From assembly GCA_963827235.1 (NCBI GenBank), contig CAWHAE010000009.1:1232239-1296238 (forward strand): a stretch of DNA of 64,000 nt, given 5' to 3'. The translations under genes were made by a program, and so were the position numbers. Of the stretch, positions 49,489-59,369 are shown piece after piece. The first letter of the stretch is position 1, and each line of letters starts with the position of its first letter. Source of the DNA: an uncultured bacterium. GTDB lineage: Bacteria > Chloroflexota > UBA5177 > JANWHV01. The notes beneath the pieces were generated by a model. It ran no database searches. It was not told the origin of the DNA and saw only the letters and a list, made by a program, of their open reading frames with translations.

Positions 49489-50460
49489 CTAACCGCCATG
49501 CCGAACAGAGCTGGTGCACGCGTCGGCACGACTCGACGAGGCGAGAGCGCGCTCTAGAGTCCAGGCGATGCGCTGGGCTGTGAGGGCATGCTTTGCGAGC
49601 AGCTGCCCCTGACTGCCCGCCGCTGCCTCCTGGACAAGCCTGTCGGTGTCCAGCGTGAGATAGCGCACGCTGGCCGACGACACCCCGGCCAAACATCGGG
49701 CCACGGCATCGGCAAGCCCGCCTACGAGGCCGTGCTCTTCTACGACGCAGACGAGGCCGCAGTCACTCGCAGCCGACATTATGGCAGCAGTATCAATAGG
49801 CTTCACCGTTGGCAGGCTAAGGACGCGCGTCGTGACTCCATGCTGCTTGAGCATGTCCGCAGCTTGTACAACAGTGGATAGCATGCCGCCAGTACTCAAC
49901 AACGCTGCATCATTACCATGGCGCACGAGTATCGCCTTCCCTAGCTGAAACCGTGGTTCAGCGGTGTAAACAGGCGAAGCCCCAGCATTACCCAGCCTCA
50001 GATAACACGGTCCGACATGCCCAGCGATCTCTCTGGTTGCCAATCGCGTCTCGACACGATCACCGGGAGCAACTACAACCATATTTGGCATCGCGCGCAT
50101 GACGGCCAAATCCTCAACCGCGTGGTGGCTGTAACCTGCGGAGCCATACGAAAGACCCCCACCCACTGCCACGATTTTCACGTTCGCGCTGTGGTAGCAG
50201 ATATCGTCGCGGATTTGCTCAAGGCATCGCATAACTGGAAAATTGGCGATTGAGTAGATGAAGACGACGTTGCCGGACAGCGCCAGTCCTGCTGCGACCC
50301 CGACCATGTTCTGTTCGGCGACTCCCGCGTTCACGAATCTTGCCGGGAATCTGGCGGCGAATACTTCCAGGACTGAGTATCCGAGGTCGCCGCAAAGCAG
50401 CCAGATGCGTTCGTCCTCCTCGGCCAACTCGCAGAGCGTCTCTATGAAGGCTGTTCTCAC
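49489..50460 (-). CDS. Transketolase-like protein, C-terminal (pyrimidine-binding) subunit
   Basis: MRTAF, GDLGYSV, NAGVAEQNMVGVAAGLA, RCLEQIR, SHHAVED, YLRLG, VEEH. Confidence 0.93.
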   Translation of the reverse strand: MRTAFIETLCELAEEDERIWLLCGDLGYSVLEVFAARFPARFVNAGVAEQNMVGVAAGLALSGNVVFIYSIANFPVMRCLEQIRDDICYHSANVKIVAVGGGLSYGSAGYSHHAVEDLAVMRAMPNMVVVAPGDRVETRLATREIAGHVGPCYLRLGNAGASPVYTAEPRFQLGKAILVRHGNDAALLSTGGMLSTVVQAADMLKQHGVTTRVLSLPTVKPIDTAAIMSAASDCGLVCVVEEHGLVGGLADAVARCLAGVSSASVRYLTLDTDRLVQEAAAGSQGQLLAKHALTAQRIAWTLERALASSSRADACTSSVRHGG

Positions 50461-51314
50461 AGACAGATCTCCAGCTCCTCGAGAGCCAGCCTGAACTGCT
50501 CGTCGTTCGGTGATGAATAGTGCCAGGACAGCTGGTCTTCCATGAAGCTGACGCCCTTCCCTTTGGTGGTGTGGGCGATCATAACGCTGGGGCGACCCTT
50601 CTCCAATGGTAGACCAGTAAGCGCTGATTCAATTTGCTCAAGATTATGCCCATCAATCTCGCGTACAGCCCAGCCGAACGCCCGCCACTTCTCAGGTAAT
50701 GGCGCTAGCGAGAGTACTTCGTCCACGCTGCCGAAGCCCTGAATCTTGTTGTAGTCGACGATCGCTGTGAGGTTGTCCAACCCATGATGGGGCGCAAACA
50801 GTATGGCTTCCCAGTTGGAACCTTCGTCAAGCTCGCCATCGCTGAGCATCACGAAAACTCGATACTGCTCCCGCCTGCGCTTGGCTGCGAGGGCCATGCC
50901 ACAGCCGATCGGCAACCCGTGCCCGAGCGAGCCGGTTGATACCTCAACGCCGGGCACGTGATGGCTCGCGTGTCCAATCAGGGGCGAGCCATCCTGACAG
51001 TAGTGATCGAGCCATTGTGTTGGGAAGAACCCAGTCTCAGCCAATACGGCATACAGGATGGCTGCGGCGTGGCCTTTGCTAAGTATGAAGCGGTCGCGCC
51101 CTGCCCAAGTTGGCTCAGCGGGATCGATTCGCAAGATCGCGCCATACAGTACTGCCATCAGGTCGGCGGCGGACAAGCAGCTAGCAATATGTGATGCTCG
51201 CGCCGCGTGTACCATGCGCAGCGCTTCAAGGCGAATCCTGAGAGCAAGCTCGGCACAGCTCAGTCGCCCCGCTGTTACCTGCCGATATTCTGAGGCGCTC
51301 ATGAGCGTCACCAC
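50457..51314 (-). CDS. Transketolase-like protein, N-terminal (TPP-binding) subunit
   Basis: DRFILSKGHA, STGSLGHGL, SDGELDEGSNWEA, DYNKIQ, KGKGVSFME..WHY. Confidence 0.93.
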   Translation of the reverse strand: MVTLMSASEYRQVTAGRLSCAELALRIRLEALRMVHAARASHIASCLSAADLMAVLYGAILRIDPAEPTWAGRDRFILSKGHAAAILYAVLAETGFFPTQWLDHYCQDGSPLIGHASHHVPGVEVSTGSLGHGLPIGCGMALAAKRRREQYRVFVMLSDGELDEGSNWEAILFAPHHGLDNLTAIVDYNKIQGFGSVDEVLSLAPLPEKWRAFGWAVREIDGHNLEQIESALTGLPLEKGRPSVMIAHTTKGKGVSFMEDQLSWHYSSPNDEQFRLALEELEICL

Positions 51315-51342
51315 ATCTCCGAGTGCATGAGCCGATGTCCGT

Positions 51343-53196
51343 TCAACCTAGTATGCTGGTGATGCTGTTGCACACATGGTTCACCTGTGCTCGCGTCAGG
51401 CATACGCCGCTCGGAAGGTTGATGGCTCGGTCGCCGATCCACTTCGCCCGCGGCTGGGTAGACTGGATGCGTTGCCAGATTGGGTACTGGCTGATCGCGG
51501 GAAACACCGGACGAGTATCAACATTCATAGCGCGCAACTGTGCGCGCAGGTCTTCTCGACTCATGAGGACTTGCTCGCCTAGGAGAATGCTCGTCATCCA
51601 GTAGATGCTTCGGGCCCACGGCATCTCGTGGTTGAGCGCCACTCCCGGAATGTCGTGCAGACCTTCCGCATACCAGGAGAAGATGCGCCGCTTAGCCTCG
51701 ACAAGTTGATCCACGCGCTCAAGCTGGCCCAGCCCAACGGCTGCCTGGAGATTGGACATCTTGTACTTCCAGCCCTTCTGGTTGATCCAGAAGGTCCGGT
51801 TGGGGTCACGGCCCTGGTCCCAAAGTAGGAGCAGCTGCTCGTAGAGCGAATCGTCGTTGGTGACAAGCATGCCGCCTTCACCTGTTACTAGCAGTTTGGC
51901 GCCTTGGAAGCTGAACGCGGCAAAGCTGCCAAAGGTCCCAACCTTCTGGCCTCTGAATTCTGCACCAATTGCGGGCGCGGCATCCTCAACAACTCGGAGA
52001 TCGTGTCGTGTCGCGAACTCCACTATCTTGTCCATCTCCGCCGGATGGCCATACAGGTGAACTGGGATGATCGCTTTAGTCCGCGGTGTCACCGCCGATT
52101 CCAGTTGCTTTGGATCGAGACACCAGCTCTGCGGCTGTACATCGACAAATACTGGCGTCGCACCAACGTAGGAGACTGCATTTGCCGTAGCGACCCAAGT
52201 TATGTCCGGCACAAGGACTTCATCACCGGGACCGATGCCAAGTGTGAGCAGGGCCAAGTGCAACGCTCCTGTGCAACTCGATGTGCTGAGTGCGTGCCTC
52301 ACACCCAGATAGTCGGCAAAAGTCTGCTCAAAGCGCTTGATATACCCGCTCCACTGGCGATTCCAGCCATAGCGTGCTGCGTCCGTGGCGTAGCTCATCT
52401 CGCGCGCGGAAATCGAGGGGCCCGCAGTAAGAATGACACTGCCGTCATAAGCTGATGGGCCCGCATAATCCATCACGACGAAGACAGCATCGGGAACCTC
52501 TCTGTCGTCCGGCTCGAGCGGCTGATAGAGGACCGTCGCGTCGTGTATATGCTTCCGCAGCGGAATCCGGTTCGTTTCAAGGAATCCCAAGGCAAGGTAG
52601 AAGTCAATGGCCCGCTTGTTGTCGCTGAACACGCGCAGGTAAACGCGGCGCGGGCCTATGACCTCAGACGCCCATTGTAAGAGGGCGCGCATCGCCTGGG
52701 CCATGATGCCTGGGTGGACATGGTGGATACCGCGCACCACGTTGTCAATCTCCATAGCCATATCGTCGTTGAGGGCGTTGGCGAACCCAAGGTGACCAAT
52801 TGCGCGGCCATGTTTGTCGGAGACTAGGAACAGCAGGCGATCATCCACGCCAAGCACCCGAGAGCGGACCCACTCCTTGGTGCCCTCGACAGTGACAGGA
52901 AATCGGCTGGGGTAGGCGAAAGCGTTTTGCTCGCGCCACAAGGCGAGCTGTTGAATCAGTTGCTCATCATCTACGTGCAGGTTACAAAGCGGCAAAAGGT
53001 AACCGTCATAGCCTGAGAGATCAATGCGCCGGGCAAGCAAATCATCGAGCGTTTCTGCCGCTTTGAGAAATGCGAACTCCGCTCGAACAGTCTTGCTGAA
53101 GACTTGAGCACTTCTCGTCTTGTCGCTATCGGTCGGGTATCCGACGTGGACTGCCTCCTTTAGTCCAGAGCCCAAGCCTTGGTCTGGCATTGTCAT
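51343..53196 (-). CDS. Fusion: GNAT N-acyltransferase + DegT/DnrJ (perosamine synthase-like) aminotransferase
   Basis: N-terminal IGHLG..MEIDNVVRG..YLRVFSDNKRAIDFYLALGF; C-terminal SSCTGALHL, VHLYGHP, EDAAP, FSFQGAK..GEGG, YKMSNLQAA, NLPSG. Confidence 0.9.
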   Translation of the reverse strand: MTMPDQGLGSGLKEAVHVGYPTDSDKTRSAQVFSKTVRAEFAFLKAAETLDDLLARRIDLSGYDGYLLPLCNLHVDDEQLIQQLALWREQNAFAYPSRFPVTVEGTKEWVRSRVLGVDDRLLFLVSDKHGRAIGHLGFANALNDDMAMEIDNVVRGIHHVHPGIMAQAMRALLQWASEVIGPRRVYLRVFSDNKRAIDFYLALGFLETNRIPLRKHIHDATVLYQPLEPDDREVPDAVFVVMDYAGPSAYDGSVILTAGPSISAREMSYATDAARYGWNRQWSGYIKRFEQTFADYLGVRHALSTSSCTGALHLALLTLGIGPGDEVLVPDITWVATANAVSYVGATPVFVDVQPQSWCLDPKQLESAVTPRTKAIIPVHLYGHPAEMDKIVEFATRHDLRVVEDAAPAIGAEFRGQKVGTFGSFAAFSFQGAKLLVTGEGGMLVTNDDSLYEQLLLLWDQGRDPNRTFWINQKGWKYKMSNLQAAVGLGQLERVDQLVEAKRRIFSWYAEGLHDIPGVALNHEMPWARSIYWMTSILLGEQVLMSREDLRAQLRAMNVDTRPVFPAISQYPIWQRIQSTQPRAKWIGDRAINLPSGVCLTRAQVNHVCNSITSILG

Positions 53197-53199
53197 GGC

Positions 53200-54516
53200 C
53201 TATTTCCCCAGTTCGTGAAGTACATCCAGGACATAGGCAATCATCTGCCCTGACAAACCTGGATAGACGCCGATCCAGAACACGTGACGCATCACGAAAT
53301 CTGAATTCTTAAGGTTACCGACGACGCGGTATGGTTGGTCCTTGAACGCAGGCTGACGCACGAGATTGCCGCCGAATAGCAGGCGGGTGCCAATCCTGCA
53401 TCTATCAAGGTGCCGCACAACCGAGTCTCGACTGAATGGTGCGCTTGGTCGCACTGCAATGGGGAAGCCAAACGGGCTCGCCTCGGATCCCGGAGAGGTT
53501 TGGGGCAGGATGAAGTAGTCCTGCAAGTCACTCAGTCCTTCATAAAGCACTTGGTAGTTACGACGACGCGCCTCGATAAAGGCAGGAAGTTTCTCTAGCT
53601 GTGCAACACCAACGGCGGCCTGCATATCTGTCAGTTTGAGGTTGTATCCGACGTGCGAGTAGGTATACTTGTGGTCATAGCTAGCTGGCAGATCGCCTAA
53701 CTGCCACTCGAAGCGCTTTCCGCAGGTGCCATCCTTTCCCGGATCACACCAGCAGTCTCGTCCCCAGTCTCTGTAGGACTCTACAAGCCTCTTGAGCTGA
53801 GGCGAGTCGGTCAGCACACAGCCCCCTTCACCCATCGTAATGTGGTGCGCAGGATAGAAGCTCGTCGTGGCGAGGTCCCCGAACGTGCCGACGTGCCTGC
53901 CTTCGTACCGTGCGCCCAAGGCGTCACAGCAGTCCTCAACGAGCCAAAGGTGGTGTTTCCGGGCGAAGGCACTCACTGCACCAAGGTCGAACGGATTGCC
54001 GAGTGTGTGGGCAAGGACGATCGCCCTTGTGCGCGGACTAAGCGCAGGCTCGAGCTGCTCAACGGCCACGTTGTAGGTCGGGATATCCACGTCAATGAAA
54101 ACCGGTACTAGATTGTTCTGCAGGATGGGGTTCACGGTGGTCGGGAAGCCAGCAGCAACAGTTATCACCTCGTCGCCAGGCATCAGACGCCTGTCACTAA
54201 GGGCGGGGGACGTGAGGCAACTGAGCGCCAGAAGATTCGCGGAGGATCCTGAGTTCACCAGCATGGAATGGCGCAGACCAAACAGTCGTGCGAACCGCCG
54301 CTCGAACTCGGCCGCGAACCGGCCCGTGGTCAGCCAGAAGTCAAGCGAAGCATCCACGAGACGTTGCAGTTCCTGCGCATCGAACACCTTGCCTGACACT
54401 GGGACCGGAGTTTCTCCGGGGACGAAGTCCACGCCCGCGAACGCTGCATCGTGGTAATCAGCGACAAGCGATAGGATTTGCTTTCGGATCATTTCAGCTC
54501 TGGTTGCAGACACCAT
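53200..54516 (-). CDS. rfbH: CDP-4-keto-6-deoxy-D-glucose 3-dehydrase (E1, RfbH/DdhC)
   Basis: GGAGG RBS + ATG 54516; [47 protein letters not shown] (His in place of the PLP Lys), [15 protein letters not shown]. Confidence 0.95.
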   Translation of the reverse strand: MVSATRAEMIRKQILSLVADYHDAAFAGVDFVPGETPVPVSGKVFDAQELQRLVDASLDFWLTTGRFAAEFERRFARLFGLRHSMLVNSGSSANLLALSCLTSPALSDRRLMPGDEVITVAAGFPTTVNPILQNNLVPVFIDVDIPTYNVAVEQLEPALSPRTRAIVLAHTLGNPFDLGAVSAFARKHHLWLVEDCCDALGARYEGRHVGTFGDLATTSFYPAHHITMGEGGCVLTDSPQLKRLVESYRDWGRDCWCDPGKDGTCGKRFEWQLGDLPASYDHKYTYSHVGYNLKLTDMQAAVGVAQLEKLPAFIEARRRNYQVLYEGLSDLQDYFILPQTSPGSEASPFGFPIAVRPSAPFSRDSVVRHLDRCRIGTRLLFGGNLVRQPAFKDQPYRVVGNLKNSDFVMRHVFWIGVYPGLSGQMIAYVLDVLHELGK

Positions 54517-55516
54517 CGCCTCCAAGGAACTTACGGTACCAGGCAATAGTCCTGTCCAGTCCAACTTCGAGGTCGTATAACGGACTCCAGCCCAACGTGG
54601 CTTTGGCCTTGGCCGCGCTGAGGTACTGGACGCGTATCTCATTGCTCGCTTCATCCCGCACATCCGGCTCAAGTGCGGATCCCATTCGCGACAAGATACG
54701 CTGCGCGAGCTCGAGCACAGTCACCTGAAGCTCATTCGAGAAATTGAACGCCTGTCCGCGCAACTCGGGGCGTTGGTCAAGCTGTTCCGCCAGGAGCATG
54801 TAGGCTGCCGCGCCATCCTCGACATAGAAGTAGTCGCGAACGAACTTTCCGTCCGAACGAATTACAGGCCGATCGCCGCGCAGAACCGATCGGATCGTGC
54901 CCGGTACAATACGGTTCCAATTCAAATCGCCTCCGCCGTAGAAGTTGCCACATCGCGTAACCGAAACGGGCAGGTCAAACGTGACGGCGTACGAATGCGC
55001 GATCAGATCGGCACAAGACTTGCTTACGTCGTAGGGATGCTGTCCGCGTAGGGGTGCCTCCTCGTCGTAGGGCAAGCGAACCTGGTCGCCGTACGCCTTG
55101 TCTGACGACGCCACGACAACGCTGGTCACGGTTGGACTGCGCCGACACGCCTCGAGCAGTGTCCAGGTACCGCGGATGTTGGTCTCGAATGTGGAGGTTG
55201 GATTTCGGTTCGAGATACCCACGATGGCCTGAGCAGCCAGATGCAGCACTGTGCGCACCTCATACTCGCCTATGATGCGTTCAAGACACGCCTGGTCGCA
55301 TATGTCACCACGAACAACTCGTACACGCTCTAGCAGGCCGGTGCGCACCGCCTCTGACTGTGGTACCCAATCACGGACGAGACATACGACATTGGCGCCC
55401 GCTTCAACGAGCCGGCGCAGCAACCAGCCGCCTACAAGCCCGGTCCCACCCGTCAAGAAGACAGGCCTGTCATGCCAGAATTCGAACCGCCGAGGACTCC
55501 CAATCTGAGTGCTCAC
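54494..55516 (-). CDS. rfbG: CDP-glucose 4,6-dehydratase-like
   Basis: [51 protein letters not shown]; lies between rfbF and rfbH. Confidence 0.85.
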   Translation of the reverse strand: MSTQIGSPRRFEFWHDRPVFLTGGTGLVGGWLLRRLVEAGANVVCLVRDWVPQSEAVRTGLLERVRVVRGDICDQACLERIIGEYEVRTVLHLAAQAIVGISNRNPTSTFETNIRGTWTLLEACRRSPTVTSVVVASSDKAYGDQVRLPYDEEAPLRGQHPYDVSKSCADLIAHSYAVTFDLPVSVTRCGNFYGGGDLNWNRIVPGTIRSVLRGDRPVIRSDGKFVRDYFYVEDGAAAYMLLAEQLDQRPELRGQAFNFSNELQVTVLELAQRILSRMGSALEPDVRDEASNEIRVQYLSAAKAKATLGWSPLYDLEVGLDRTIAWYRKFLGGDGVCNQS

Positions 55517-56306
55517 GTCCGTTTGACTCCTTCCACGTCACCCACGGCGCCTCGCCTCGATCCCATAGACTGTTGAGATAGAGGTACTCGCGATACGTAT
55601 CCATCGCGAAGAAGAAGCCCTCGTGACGGTACGCCGCTAGCTCACCATCTCGGGCAAGCTGCTCCAGTGGCGCGCGCTCGAACACGCAGTCAGGCGCGAC
55701 ACTCAGGTAGTCGAACACCTTGCGATGCAGCACGAGGAATCCGGCATTGGCCCAGCCGTCCGCCTGGGGTTTCTCAGAGAAGGCCTGAACGAAACTGGAA
55801 CCGTCAAGCTGCAGCATGCCGAAGCGCGACGTTGGGTGAACGGTCGTCAACGTAGCGAGTCGGCCGTGCTCACGATGGAAGGCTAGCAGTCGTTTGATAT
55901 TCACATCGCTGAGCCCGTCGCCGTAGGTCAGCATGAAGGTGTCGTCGTCTACATAGTGCTGCACGCGCTTGATTCGGGCGCCCGTCATCGTCTCGAGCCC
56001 GGTTTCCGCCAGCGTCACCTTGAAGTTCTGCTCCTGGTGCGCTCCGTGGTATGTGACATGGTTCTGGCAGCCGAGGCAAATGGTGATGTCGTTGTTCATC
56101 GCCTCGTAGTCCAGGAAGTACTGTTTGATCATGTGCCCTCGATAGCCAAGGCAGAGAACGAAATCCGAGAAACCGTAATGCGCATAGTGTTTCATGATGT
56201 GCCAGAGGATCGGCCGTCCACCAATCTCGACCAGCGGCTTTGGACGGTATTCGGTCTCCTCGCGCAGCCTTGTGCCCTGTCCGCCGCAGAGAATGACTAC
56301 CTTCAT
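55470..56306 (-). CDS. rfbF: Glucose-1-phosphate cytidylyltransferase
   Basis: [54 protein letters not shown]. Confidence 0.96.
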   Translation of the reverse strand: MKVVILCGGQGTRLREETEYRPKPLVEIGGRPILWHIMKHYAHYGFSDFVLCLGYRGHMIKQYFLDYEAMNNDITICLGCQNHVTYHGAHQEQNFKVTLAETGLETMTGARIKRVQHYVDDDTFMLTYGDGLSDVNIKRLLAFHREHGRLATLTTVHPTSRFGMLQLDGSSFVQAFSEKPQADGWANAGFLVLHRKVFDYLSVAPDCVFERAPLEQLARDGELAAYRHEGFFFAMDTYREYLYLNSLWDRGEAPWVTWKESNGREHSDWESSAVRILA

Positions 56307-57634
56307 GCCGGTACCGCCTTTGCCTCAGCCTCAACAGTAGTCCCCATGGCCTCAGTGCTCCACGCGAGCCGCGGGCGCACCACGCCGAGCCAGCTTCCTT
56401 GAAACTCCTTGCGCATCCCACCAGTCTCGTGCACAGTGAATGAAACCACGGAGTCAGCCTGTGCCTGGACGTTCGCTACGTCCGTGAGTACGAATGCGCT
56501 AATGGCGTACGGTCCCTCGTTGAGGAAGTTTCCCGGCAGCACGCAAGAACTGCGAAAGAGCCCCATCGGGTGAGGCTGGCCTGCCCACGCGTCGCTCCCA
56601 AGCATCGCTGACTTGAGGTTGGCCGACGCGAGCACGCCGCCACCCAGGCTGTCGAGCAGATGAATGCTGCAGGTAATTCGAGCATCCGGCCTAAGGTTCC
56701 AGTACTCTATTTGGATCTCAACCGCATCCTCAATATCCACGTCGGCAGTGCAAATCCCACCAGAAATTACACGAACTGCATGCAGACGAGCTGCGTCGGT
56801 GCCGGGCGCCAAACTTAGGTCAGGCCACACGGTCTCGCCAGTCCCCATGGCGCCGCTGGACACGTACGTAGCGACGACCTCCTCCGTTGGCCCCTCAGCG
56901 GCGTTTCTGCCGGTGCAGAGGAGAACGGCTCGCGTGCATAAGGCTCTGATTGCGCCCATGTTGTGACTGACAAACAGGACTGTGCGGCCGTGACGACTCA
57001 CGTCGCCCATCTTGCCCAGGCACTTCTTCTGAAACTCCGAATCACCGACTGCTAACACCTCATCGACGACAAGGATTTCAGGCTCTAGATGAGCGGCAAC
57101 TGCAAAGGCAAGCCGGAGATACATGCCGCTGGAGTAGCGCTTCACCTGTGTGTCGATGAACTTCTCGACCTCGGCGAAGGCCACTATCTCGTCGAACTTC
57201 GCGGCGATCTCGCGCCTGGTCATGCCGAGGATGGCACCATTCAGGTAAATATTCTCGCGGCCGGTCAGCTCGGGATGAAACCCAGTGCCCACTTCCAGCA
57301 GTGATGCAACTCGCCCGCTGATCGCGATGCGTCCTTCGGTTGGCTCCGTGATCTCGCTCAGCAGCTTCAGCAAAGTGCTCTTGCCGGCACCGTTCCTGCC
57401 GATGATCCCCAGCGATTCGCCGTGCTTGACCTCAAAGCTCACGTCCTTCAGGGCCCAGAACTCGGGACGCCGCGAGCCCTTACCTGCATCGCGCTGGATG
57501 ATGCGTTGCGCGGCACGGATCGGGGCACGCGCCAGCCCGGACAGCGATTCGCGCAGTGAGCCATACTGCTGCTGGTTGGCTCCCAGTCGGTACCTCTTGC
57601 CAAGACCCTCAACGCGAATTGCGATGTCACTCAT
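56303..57634 (-). CDS. wzt: Polysaccharide ABC exporter ATP-binding protein with C-terminal carbohydrate-binding domain
   Basis: FWALKDVSF, GRNGAGKST, GFHPELTGRENI, YSSGMYLRLAF, DEVLAVGD; C-terminal Wzt-C extension. Confidence 0.95.
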   Translation of the reverse strand: MSDIAIRVEGLGKRYRLGANQQQYGSLRESLSGLARAPIRAAQRIIQRDAGKGSRRPEFWALKDVSFEVKHGESLGIIGRNGAGKSTLLKLLSEITEPTEGRIAISGRVASLLEVGTGFHPELTGRENIYLNGAILGMTRREIAAKFDEIVAFAEVEKFIDTQVKRYSSGMYLRLAFAVAAHLEPEILVVDEVLAVGDSEFQKKCLGKMGDVSRHGRTVLFVSHNMGAIRALCTRAVLLCTGRNAAEGPTEEVVATYVSSGAMGTGETVWPDLSLAPGTDAARLHAVRVISGGICTADVDIEDAVEIQIEYWNLRPDARITCSIHLLDSLGGGVLASANLKSAMLGSDAWAGQPHPMGLFRSSCVLPGNFLNEGPYAISAFVLTDVANVQAQADSVVSFTVHETGGMRKEFQGSWLGVVRPRLAWSTEAMGTTVEAEAKAVPA

Positions 57635-57637
57635 TGG

Positions 57638-58519
57638 TCACACCACGTCCGCGAAGGTCTGTTCCATGCGCCGGAAGTAGAACAGTCCACTCACGAGGCC
57701 GGCGAGCGTGACAACTACCGATACGGTCAGAGGCAGCATGTCCACGCTGCCCGTGTGCAGGAGGGCCGATCGAAATCCTTCCACCACACCGGTCATGGGA
57801 TTGAGCGAGAGCAGGATTCTCAATTTGCCATGCACAAGCGACATGGGATAGGCAATCGGCGTGGCGTAGAGCCACATCTGGGCCAGAAACGGTATCGTGT
57901 AGCGCACGTCGCGATACTGCACGTTGAGCGCCGACAGCCAGATTCCCACGGCCAGCGCGGACGCGAGTGCCAGCAGCACGAGAAGCGGCAGCAGCACAAT
58001 GGTGCCATCAGGCACTCGATGGTAGCCGAGGAGCAACAGCACGAGCACCGCGAAGCTGATCGCGAAGTCGACCAATCCGGCCAGAGAGGCGGCAATGGGA
58101 ATTACCAGCCGTGGGAACGCCACTTTCCGGATCAGGTTGGCGCTATCCACCAGACTGTTGCTAGACTGCGTGAGCGCGTAGGAAAACAGCGTCCAGGGGA
58201 TGAGGGCGCAGAAGCAGAAGAGCGGATACGGCACGTCGCCGGTCTTGACTCCCACGACGTGCCCGAAGATCGCCGCGAATATGGCCATGGTCAACACTGG
58301 CTGCAAGACGGCCCAGGCGACGCCGAGGGCGGTCTGCTTGTAGCGCACTTTGATGTCACGCCAGGCCAGGAAGTACAGCAGTTCCCTGTAGGGCCAGATG
58401 CGATTCAGCCGCAGTGGCGCCCATCCCTTCGTCGGCTCGATGATGCGAGGATGGCCGGCCGCCACGCGGCCACCCGCATTCGAGGTCCCGGAAACCACGT
58501 CGATTGACTCCAGGGTCAT
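57638..58519 (-). CDS. wzm: Polysaccharide ABC exporter permease
   Basis: YRELLYFLAWRDIKVRYKQTALG, FPRLVIP, YRDVRY, LNPMTGVVEGFR, FADVV. Confidence 0.95.
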   Translation of the reverse strand: MTLESIDVVSGTSNAGGRVAAGHPRIIEPTKGWAPLRLNRIWPYRELLYFLAWRDIKVRYKQTALGVAWAVLQPVLTMAIFAAIFGHVVGVKTGDVPYPLFCFCALIPWTLFSYALTQSSNSLVDSANLIRKVAFPRLVIPIAASLAGLVDFAISFAVLVLLLLGYHRVPDGTIVLLPLLVLLALASALAVGIWLSALNVQYRDVRYTIPFLAQMWLYATPIAYPMSLVHGKLRILLSLNPMTGVVEGFRSALLHTGSVDMLPLTVSVVVTLAGLVSGLFYFRRMEQTFADVV

Positions 58520-59369
58520 CAGGCGTATCCTTGCTGAGTGGCTTCTTTAGAGTATTACCGGCACGGATCGTCCGCGGCACACACGTCCGATACATCCAAA
58601 CACGCGCAGGATGCCGGTCCCGATACTCAGTGGTGACTTGCTAGCTATTCGAATCATAGGCCCAGCCTCGCGACGAGCACGCGGACGGCCTCGATGCCGT
58701 AACCCGCAGAAGCAGTCCGTTGTCTCGAATGCCGCCGGCTGCCGGTAGCATAGGCTCGGACGAGCGCGCCACAACCTGCAGGCCATAGTGCCCTTCCGCC
58801 ACATGATATTCGCCGGTGCATGCACAACGCTATGGCATGATATGGCCATCGACTGCAGGTGTACGCGCGACATCCCAGTGTGGCGAGCCCCGGACGCCCA
58901 ACGTGTTTGGCCTATGTGCGCCGGACTGTTTCACGGTGCCACGGCAGAACACGCAGCGCAGTGCATGAGACTGCGCAACGGTCGATGATCGTGCCGCGGT
59001 CACCGCTCTGGGCTGCTCAGTTCTTCACCTGACACCGGCCGTGTTCCGGCGGTAGCTGGCACGGTATCGGCCAACAGTCCGTGTTGGAGGCACCATACCC
59101 GTGGCTGCAGCCGCGTTATCACACTGTCACGTGCCCCGCCGCTACCGCGGTCACCGGTTCACTGCCGTCCTCGCGCAGGTGCAGTCCAGCTTGCGCGTGC
59201 CGCCTCAGGGGCGCACCCCCTGAGCTACGCGCGGTGCGGGCTCTGCCTAATCTGTCTATAGATACGTGGCAAGGCACGTGCTAGGATACGGCCCGGTAGT
59301 TGCTGGGAGCGGCAAGCACCGTTGCTTGCGCCTGATCGGCGTGGGCGCGGATCTCGGGTGAGGTGAACG

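Noticed and set aside
49489-51314. Housekeeping pentose-phosphate transketolase
   Set aside because: The split form is embedded in an NDP-sugar operon, which points to a glycan role
59048-59059. ops/JUMPstart-like GGCGGTAG upstream of glycan genes
   Set aside because: Incomplete match (GGCGGTAGCTGG), likely by chance at this GC content, and no RfaH-like gene in the window
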